A stretch of 64,000 nt of DNA from the NCBI RefSeq assembly GCF_018350175.1, contig NC_058368.1, positions 180,546,001 through 180,610,000 of the forward strand. The letters run 5' to 3'. The translations under genes were made by a program, and so were the position numbers. The notes under the pieces were generated by a model, which was not told where the DNA came from, did no database searches, and saw only the letters and a list, made by a program, of their open reading frames with translations. The stretch comes from Felis catus. Taxonomy: Eukaryota. This document shows positions 53,788 to 64,000 of the stretch, one piece after another (position 1 is the stretch's first letter; every line of letters starts with the position of its first letter).

Positions 53788-56700
53788 TCATCTGGTTGCT
53801 AAGGTAAGAAGACTCTCAACATTAATTTCTGGGTTCACATAATCACACCTCACGGAGAGGTCTTAACGCTTGCTTTCCTTGAGGAACAGAGCTGATGACA
53901 TGTTGGAGTGAAATCCACGGGCAGCATCTCTAGTCACTTGGCTGGCCAATGGGGTCTCCTGTGCACATTCCCTCTACCCTTGGCCTTGCTCCATTTCTTG
54001 ACATCATTTGGCTTTTGTTTGGCCCGAGCTTCAGGCTGCCCTCATCACTCGCGCTTGTGCCTTAGTCTGGCACAGAGAGTATTATACTCGGGTGAGAGCT
54101 TCCCCATCTGGCTACTCATTTCCTTTTTTGGTCTTGGAGAAAGGCAATGTTACTCTTCTCCTCCAGGCTGGGATGTCAGAGGGAATGGAGAGAAGTGCAC
54201 AGAGGTGTTTTTTTTATGGGGCTGGGACATATACATACATTGTTTTTTTGCTGCTCTTTAAGAGCAAAATTTCTCACAATCCATGACAGCCTGAGGAAAA
54301 GAGAGTATTGGAGCTTTACGCATTTTTTTCTGGTAGAACTATCCTGGGTCCTGACTTCCATGTAACTATATTTCTCTTATATCAAATTCCTGCTATCTTG
54401 GTGGGGCAGGGGCAGGGGTGGTTGAAATCCCCCTCAACTTTTTTCCACTGTCAGAGAAAGCTGTCCTCTCTCCAGATCATAGTAACTAGAACTTTTGCAA
54501 GAATGACAGTATCAACAAGCAACGTCTGGGAAATCCCCTAAAGCAAGAGAGATGCCACAACAGTCCTCTCAAAATCCATACAGGGAGAATGCACATGCCT
54601 CCTCTTACCTAAATTTTCTTGACTTCATAGAGAAATGGGTTACTGAGAACTTCCATTTTTGCACTGAGTCTCCAGCCTATTAGGCAGGTCTGCAGCTATA
54701 TTGTTAGCCTTCAAGCCACTGGGCAATTTGACAAAGGCAGAGAGGTTCTCAGGTTTCCAGGTTCCTGGACATACTCCCAATTTCTGGGCTAGGTAATCAA
54801 GCTGACCTATTCTTTGCCAGAATCTTGTCCAAGTCTGCTTGATTTTTGGATCGCACTTACTTCTGCTATCTCAGGTGGGATGCAGGCATGGAGGAATGCT
54901 TTCTCCTGGCACCTCTCTTTTTATTAGCAATAACTACCCCCAGCCCCTGCCACGGTTCAACTCCAACCCTTTGATGATCTCACGAGGGTTTAGACTGTTC
55001 CACTGACAGCTCTAATTGTCTGCTACTGGCTGCCTGACAAATGCATCCCATTTTTAGCTGGTTCCAACCATAATGCCAGAGGCTTTTGAAAGTGGAAAAC
55101 TAAATTATGAAAATAATTCTTTTGTTCAATTCCATTTCCTTATCTTAGTGCAGACTAAGATTTCTTTCATGCCTTCCAAGGCACGATTTTAAAATCGATG
55201 TGTGTTGATGACCACAAGGTACAAAGTGTTTATGATGAGAAAACAAAGCTGGGAGTACATCTCGCAGTGGGTTTTTTCCCCTCCTTTTTTTTACACAACT
55301 GTTATTTATTTTAAATCGTTCCTATAGCATAAGACTTTACAGAGCACCACAGGAATAAAAGGGGCCTGGTTGCCTAGGCTTCCTACTCTCTATTTTCCTA
55401 GTTCCTCATTGTTGCTGGCTTCATATCGTTTCCAGGCAGACAATTCACAGAAAAGACTCAGCTGAGACATGCTATCAGTTCGTTTCTATTTATGATTATT
55501 GATGTGTAACAATTATCACATTATCTAGATAGTGAGATCTGCTCTATAAATTATAGTGGTGGAGTCAAGGCATTTTAGTTATTTTTGTATGCCATTATCT
55601 TGGGGAAACGCCTTCTTAGAAGTCTTGAATTAACTTCTTTTTTACTCCTAGCCTTCTCCTTCTTTTTTTTTTTTTTTTTTTTTTGGTCAGAGGATAATAC
55701 GCTAAAATTCACATGCTTGGTGAACTTCAACCTATGTCTTGGAGTTACATTTTGTATTTCTGAATTATGTATCTACACCAACACGCTGGAGTGTGGGCTC
55801 ATTTGGGTGGTGCTATTTATTGCTACTTTCAAAGCATCAGACAGGCTTTCTCTAAAGCAAGTTTCTTTTGCCCAGATCTCTGGGGCTGCTATGGTCCACA
55901 AATATTATGGAGTCCTTACCTCCTCTTCTGCATCTTGGCTGTGGCTCAAGGTGCCTTCTGGAAGTGTTAACTTTGGTGAGGAGGATAAAATTGAATTTTA
56001 AGGGACAAAAAGGAGAATAACAGGAAATTACTGGATTTAGGGTAGAAAAAATGAAATGTTAATAGGAAACTGGACAGAGCATGGGCTTTGGAAAGATGCA
56101 TTTACAGTATTAGCAAACTGTATGTAAACTATAGTGAAATGCTTATGGCCTGGTGCTAGGGCCATTCAGGACTCTTGGGCAACAGGAATTATGTTCATAA
56201 TTAAGGGAAATATACCTGTAGAATCCCTGTCCAAGAACTAGGATTTAATAAGTACTTTTTTGATCAGATATTTATGGTTTCTTTTATTTTTGAGGGGTTC
56301 TTGTATTAAGGTAATAATATAACTGTGTGAGTATTTTCTATAGTATTATCCTAATTTTATCAATCAAGAAAATGAAGTTTATAAGGTTAAATAAATTGTC
56401 TAATATGACATGGCTAGAGGGGTGCCAGGGCTGAAATAGAAGAGGGCTGAGATGATTTTTTTTTCTTTTTAGTAAAACTAGGGCAGAGAGAAGCTAAAGT
56501 TGCTAGCCCAATGTGACCTTGCTAGCCCAAGAGCCCTCGTATTAAAAGAGCTGTCAGGAAGTGGGGCTGCACAACTTCCCAGAGAGTTCTAAGGGGTTGT
56601 AGAATTAACTGGCTGTACCATTATTCCTTACCTCCCCATCCCACCTTTGCCAGGCTCTCCCAGGGAGAAGCAGAGTCTGAGTCATGACCTGCTGATGCTT

Positions 56701-57851
56701 CCTCCCCAAAGTCTAAGGTGGGGGCACCAAGAGAATCATTTATAAAGCTAGGGGCTCCTGTAAGAAGTGAGAGCAGGTATTTTATTTGCTGGCTGGAAGG
56801 CTGCTTGGGCAGCGTACTTCCTGAGTTGCTTCTGGGCCTCCCCAGAATGAAGTAGGATAAAGAGAACTAAGAGAAGAATGGCATGAGAAGGATAGTTAGT
56901 GGGGTGAGGAGGCCAGAAGTGCCCCACTCAAGTTCAAGGTTCCTAGAGGCTTCATGAAAGAGGACCCAGCCACCCATTCTTACTTCTCTACAGAAAGGAG
57001 CATAGAGATGAGACAGATATCCCCAAGAAGACTACGCCTGCCATCTTCACATCTGCGCATACCATCGACATCTGGACCCAGACCCACCAAGAGCAAGATC
57101 TGTGATATGTAGGCAGACCGTAAGAAGTCCCCTGCCTCTCCTATCCTTTCTCTTACCTCCAGAATCAGAAACAGTGCCTAGAAGGGAGAAGGGGATGGGA
57201 TGTCTCAAAGCCAACTCTTCCCCCTGGCTCTCCTCTCTGGGTGTACAGTTCTAACTTGTCCTGGGAGGAAGGGCCAAACTTACTATATAATAAATCTAGA
57301 ATTTGCCCCTAGAATATTCATAAGTCTCAAATTAGCAACTGAGAGCAAAAGTAAACATAAGAGAAACTCTATCATTGTGCAAAGAGGGGTAACATGCCCC
57401 AGCATGACATCTTGCCCAAAGTAGGTAGTTAGCAGATGCAATTGATGGGGTTGCTGTGCAGATTAGAGATGGTCTATATAAAGTGTCTGGCTCATAAGTG
57501 CTCAATAAATTCTAGCCACTGGCATTATCTTGGCTCTAAGGTGCCAGAAATGATAAGCTATGTTATTAAGTTAATAATTGCTTTCAAAAATACTCTATTG
57601 AATGAAGTATTTCAGTGATGATCAAACAAAAGCCACTACCAGAGGTATTTTATAAAGAGAGATAAAGTAATGAAATGTTGTAAAATAATAGATTATAAAA
57701 ATGATCTAAAAACCAGACAATCAACAGGTGTCTCCAGCAGGTTCTAGGTTGAAGGTGGCCAAATCCTACAGACAGATGAGGACTCTGCTCTGGGTCTCGA
57801 CCCATAGAGAGCAAGGGGCCCTCTGTGAACCAGAGCAAGGAGCTGCCCTCA

Positions 57852-58379
<528 letters not shown>

Positions 58380-61300
58380 TTATCCCCAGGTAGTAGATTA
58401 GTGTGTTTCTCTCCTTCTTCTTTATTATACTTTGCTAGGATTTCTACTTTTTCTGTTATGAGCAAGTATATTTGAGTGGTTGGAAATAAAACCAAATATT
58501 TTGCTTTTGGATAGAGCAGCACTAAAAATTACCCATAGCCAGTTCTCAGGGCCTTGTGCTAATTGGGTGCACAAATCATCAAAATGCATGGGATTCCTTA
58601 AATCTCAGTTTAATGGAGAAACTGAGATCCATCTCTGCTCCTTGTCAGACAGGGAAGGTGCTGCTGACCAGTGTGAGAACTGGGTGGGTGAGTTTTGCAT
58701 TTTCTGGGAAATGTGGAAAAATGGCTTTGGTTCTAGCACCAAGAAAGTAAGCTATCAGTTCACCCGATCGTTTCTGGTGCCACCTTGCTACACACCCGTA
58801 ACACTTTGAACATCCTGATTTACTAGGTCCTTGGCCCTACATCCCTTTCCTGGGCTGTTTCTTATCATTCATGTACCATTCAACAAATATTTGAGTGCCA
58901 TCCATGTTCTGGAAATGCAACATGGTATGAAGAACAAAGAATGATGGGGTTGGTCCTTAAGAAGCTGACAGTACAGTGGGGAAACAGATGCGATTCATCT
59001 TTCACAACCCAGACTAGGTATGGCCACCTCTTCTAGGAAGCCTTCCTGGTGATGCCTCTGACTAGGTTATGGTACTCCTGCTCTGTGTATCCCTGAATCA
59101 CAGTTTCTCAAAGAATGGTACTGCATCAAAATCCCATGGGTCTCAAGGGTCTATTCCCAAGCTTCCCAGGGAGAGCCTCCAGGAACAGGTCCTGGGATCT
59201 GCCTTTCACCCATGCTTGCCCGGTGATTCTAATGCACAATAAATTTTAGAAACCTTTGTTAATGCCAACTTCCTTGGGCTAGAATCAATTATCTCTGTGT
59301 GCTTGCCTTCCTGTCTGGAAAATGAGCTCTTTGAAGAGAATAACAGTGTCTTATTCATTTCTATATTCATGCCTTACTTAGTGCCAGCCACGGAATTGGG
59401 TATTCAACAAAGGTTTGTTGAATGAATAAATGACTGTTTCCCATTCTTCACACGCGTGTTAGGGCTGAGCATGGGAATGTTTCGGGTAGTGTTTGCTCTT
59501 TGGAATTCCCTATTAGAATGGATTAGTTGGCCAACCCTTATTCACTCTGCTGGGAATTGACTGAACACACAGTGGAGAAGATTGGAGAATAACTTGCTTG
59601 CACCTCCCAGATTTGATAGCAAGACACTTTGGGGCCATAATTAACATCATGGAAACATGTACTCAAACCCTGGGCTGGGACTTGACAGACACTTGTACTG
59701 GAACACTGAATCAGAGGCCTGGCTGCATGCTTTAAATTTACTACAATGTAATTTTTTGGCATTACTCTTTTCATTTGGTTCTGCTAACAAAATTGAAATA
59801 TGTAATTTCACCGAAGTTCCACTGTAATTTAGCAATTAATGTACAATTATTTTAATGCATTACTTTATTTTTAGCAAACAAACAAATTAGGAGGTTGTGT
59901 GTTTTGCTTGGCTTTAAATTACTAAAACTAGCCTCTCATTTTCCACATGGGCAAATGTGGCTTCAGTGCCTCGTAACACATTTAGATTTACAGAATTTCC
60001 TAGAAATGCAGACCCAGGAGGGTGAGCAGGCGCACACACTTTAAATTTAGAGACTTTCAAAATCAAGGCTCTGAACACCTCTGCCTGATATGCTGGCTGA
60101 ATCAGGTGCTCCCTAGAGCCTCACAAATCTCATACCCAAGAAATGGGGCCAGAGAATTGTATCTCAGCAGCAGGATGATGCTGGAGCACCATCACAGATC
60201 TATGTTCAGATCGTATAGTGGATCCCATAGCCACTGGCAGAATAAGAAAAAGAAAAGAAAAAACGCATAGCATTCTGCCTTTAACATCACCTTCCGTGGA
60301 CCGCCTCCACCAGACAGAAGGAATCCACCACGGAATGCCTGCTTTGGATTTAAAATTATCCTGCTGAGATAGGTTGGCAGTGCTTCATTCAGCAGCTACA
60401 GAAACTTCGCAGGTGAGAAAAAACACACTGTTAGTAGCACTATAGATTTCTTTAAGGCCACTGGCCTCTTCCCATTAGAAGTTCCATCTGTCTCTGGTGG
60501 TCTTTCCCTCCTGAAGCTGGGAACATCTCCTACCCCCTATCTGATTTACCACCCCTTCCATCTAACCAGCTTGAGAACCTCATCAGGCTCAAATAATAAC
60601 CTGGGACAGTTTTTCTATTAAGCACTCAACACTTTTCTCCCCAACCCCTGCTAGTCTGCCACTCATTCTGGACTTGCAACTTTTTCCAAAGGGTGGACCT
60701 CAAATTTCCCTACTGTTTTGTTGATTCTTGGCTTTTTATTTAAGGGCCTGTCTGGCAGGAGATGTCCCATAAACACATCAGCAATCGCAGATGGCAAATG
60801 CTAAAAAAAGAAAAAAAAAGGATAGAAATGATTTCCTCCTACATGTTTGCATTGAACTGCTCCAGAGATTGTGCATCTGGGGTTCTATCGGTTATTAAGT
60901 GTGAGCATACGTTATTCCTGTAATGACCTCATCATGTTGCATGATTATGGGCTGCTGCTGCCGAACACTTTCAAACGACACCGTGAACTTTAAATTGGCA
61001 CTGCTATCTCCCAGCGGCCTGTCAGTCATGAGAGCCGCATCTTTATGCCAGCAAGCCCCTTGCATGGAGTCTGACATGGCAATCTTCAGTAAATTACCCT
61101 GTCACTGACAATCTTGCAGTTATCTTGCAAACAATCAAGCAGGCAATCAAACTGTCCTGAATTGCCAGTTCAGGACCCGAGAGGCTGCCAGCGTCTCTAT
61201 TCAACAGGGGCGCGAGAGCGGCACAGCCCTCCCGTGACATTGGCCGATTTCTTTCTTTATTTATCCACCTACTTGTTTGTCTGGTGGGCTTTTACCCAGT

Positions 61301-61928
61301 GAGGGTGGCGAAAGAGGTGTGCAGAGACCTCAAAAAGGGCCCAATTCTGACTCAGCGTTTTGGGAAAATGACCCAGGCCATCCTAAGCAGGCCCCACAGC
61401 AGTGTCCCACGTTTGCCTAATGGGTCCTCATTTACTTCACTCTGTGAGATGTGGCCGTGGAGAATTATCTAGGTGCTTTCTGTCAGGATGCATGCTAAAT
61501 CACAGCTCTGGCTATATTCCACATGTGTATGTCATACGCTAATTGCAATGGCCATTTCAGAGAAATATGGATGTGGAGAAACTTTCTGGGAACAATGTGG
61601 GAGGCATTCTTTTTACTGCTTTTGATAAAGAAAATCAGAGAGTCTTCCATAACGGGTCTGGCAACGTGAAGCAGAAATCAGGTTGATGCTAAATTGATTC
61701 CTTTGAATTAGAATTCCTAAAGTAAAAAGCCAAAAAGTCTACACAGCATCAGAGGGAGGTTCCTGGCCTCTGGAATCAGACAGATTTGGGATTGAAGCTC
61801 ATCTCCTCTAGTCCTTGGTTGTGTAAGCTTAGATAACCAATCTTGCCAAACTTTAATTTCTTTGCCTGTAAAACTGAGTTATAATAATGCATATAGCATA
61901 GGGTGCTGTGATGGGGAATAAATGAACA

Positions 61929-61929
<1 letters not shown>

Positions 61930-61966
<37 letters not shown>
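61930..61966. repeat. (CA)n microsatellite
   Basis: Directly visible. Confidence 0.95.
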
Positions 61967-61967
<1 letters not shown>

Positions 61968-62056
61968 CAGTTCGGCATAGTTTGTGTTCAATGAACTATA
62001 ACCAGAAACCCTGCAAAGTTTTCAACTTTTTCAGTTTATAAAAACCAGACATGGCA

Positions 62057-62263
62057 GGGCACCTGGGTGGCTCAGTTGGTTAAACGTCCAACTTTAGCTC
62101 AGGTCATGATATCACGGTTTGTTGAGCCCTGCATCAGACTCTGTGCTGATAGTTCAGAGCCTGGAGCCTGCTTCCAATTCGGTGTCTCCCTCTCTTTCTG
62201 ACCCTCTTCTGCTCATGTTCCGTCTCTGTCTCTCAAAAATGAAAAAAAAAAAGTTAAAAAAAT
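62057..62263 (+). mobile_element. Can-SINE with 16-bp TSD
   Basis: TSD taaaaaccagacatgg at 62039-62054 and 62264-62279. Confidence 0.92.
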
Positions 62264-62484
62264 TAAAAACCAGACATGGTTATAAATGAAATTAATATCC
62301 CCTATTAGAGTCATTCACTGGTATTTGCTATGGGTAGGTTGAATCCTGTCAAAAATGCTATGTTTCTAAATAGCAATAGGTAAATGGACAGTATGAATAA
62401 ATGCTATGGGTGGAACGAGATTTGCACATATCCTTGATTTAAATCCTCACATAACCCCACAGAGCAGAATAATATAACCCTTAA

Positions 62485-62790
62485 GCCGCATAGTCTGGAT
62501 CAGGCTGTCTGGGTTTGATTCTCAGATCAGGTACCCAATCTGCTGACCCTGGGCTAGTAACCGCTCTGTACCTCAGTTTCCTCGTGTACAAAATGAACTG
62601 ATGACAATGATGTTAGAAAGCACAGTTTGGAGGATTAAAGCAGTTATTACACATATAGTACTTAGAACAGTGCCTGGTACAGTGACTACTCTGTTAACTG
62701 TGTGTTACGCCCATTATCACGCCATCATCCACTCTATAAAGTTGGAAACTGAGGCTCTGAGAAGCTGAGTAAGTTATCCAAGTGGCTACG
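62485..62790. mobile_element. MIR fragments (two, in opposite orientations)
   Basis: MIR core cctcagtttcctc...aaaatg, then ggaaactgaggctctgagaag. Confidence 0.65.
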
Positions 62791-64000
62791 AAGGAGTTTT
62801 GGATAAAAAGTAGGAAAAGGCAACCAGTGAGATCATAACTCTTTGTCTTCTTCATTATCAGGAGAAGGTGATGTTTCTTTCCCAAAGGGAGTGTGAAGAC
62901 AGGGCAGTGGACACCCATCAACTCTGGAAGTGTGGGTGGCCGTGAGATTTAATTACCTTTGCAGGCTTGTCTACTCCTACAGTTGGGGAAGAATCTGGTT
63001 GGTTAAAATGAGCTTCTAAAAGGAATCAACATGAGAAACGAGATACCTGGGGATTTATTCCCTGCACTGCAGGCTGCTGGGGACCACACTATTTACCTGT
63101 GAGATTCGAAGCCCCCATTCAGCTGTTTACCATTGGCACAAGGTGGCACTTGCCTTCTGGGCTGGCTACAAGTTTGCGCCAGCTGTTTCCAGCCCCTGCC
63201 TAGTTCGCTCTGTTAGATTTTTAAAGGAGTTCCTTTAAAAGATTCAACCTCAAAGCCTTAACTGAACACTTACTAGTGAAGCTACGCTCAGGGGGAGGAG
63301 GCCACGGGTTAATGGAGAGGCTGCAGAGAGCCATAGTAGATATTGGGTATTTCAGAGTTGGTTGAAACATGATCATGTTTTCTGTTTGGGGAAGGCTGCC
63401 TGAGTCTGTACATCACTCTTACAGGGAAGGGACATCTCCAGGAATGAGAGGGTGTTTATTTCATTCATTTCACTTATTTTCCTCTTTGATCTCTGTAAAC
63501 TGGGCAGCTTATGGAGAATCCAGATGAAAGCATTTTGTTCAATTTTGGTGTCATTTATTCCCTGTAGCTTGGTATGCAAGTGATTCCCTTTATAACCTGC
63601 ATGAACTCTCCAGCTTTCTTGGGTATTAAAGGCTTCAGAGAAGCATCTAAATTTACTCTTCTTAGTTCCATTTTGTGACAGGGTGGCATGAATCGACTCC
63701 AACAACTCACTTCAGGTGTCGTGGGTAGCTCTGCTACAGTCTGCACATAGCACTTGACAGGAATGGGTTATCATCTCAGATTTTAAAATTGAGCTTCACT
63801 CTTTCCAGATTATGGTTTGGTGAGTGGCATCACCAACCACCAAATCTGCCTTCCCTACTCCTTGGGCCAAGAGGCTGGTTAAAACCTAGGTTTTGAAGAG
63901 TACCTATATTTCCATTCATCAGATGTTCAAGAATAGGCAAACTGAATCAATTATGGTAGAAAGTTAGGACTTGCAGTTACCTTAATGGGGAGGTACTGGC

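Noticed and set aside
61200..61215. CTCF-like tcaacaggggcgcg
   Set aside because: One G short of the core, with mismatches at the 5' end.

Overview
Mammalian genomic DNA from a carnivore, most likely a felid (Can-SINEs, including a SINEC_Fc-type copy). The window lies inside the teneurin-2 gene (TENM2) on the minus strand. I traced 12 consecutive coding exons between 58174 and 17222, all GT-AG with matching phases. They splice into 2951 nt (2 nt + 983 codons) covering the Cys-rich/TTR/Fn-plug region, the NHL beta-propeller and the start of the YD shell. Two of these exons are missing from the ORF track: a 144-nt exon and the known 21-nt alternatively spliced NKEFKHS micro-exon. The rest is intron, with nested L1s, about 16 Can-SINEs, ancient MIR/L2/MaLR/hAT relics, microsatellites and some candidate regulatory stretches. 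I found no evidence of a new multi-gene system. The most unusual items are a perfect 60-nt tailless U2 snRNA retrocopy with a 16-bp target-site duplication (TSD) and a diverged ~265-bp local duplication, both in the intron upstream of the micro-exon, plus a 22-bp perfect palindrome and a sense-strand (GAA)18 tract. Repeat family names and ortholog comparisons are from memory of consensus sequences, not from searches.
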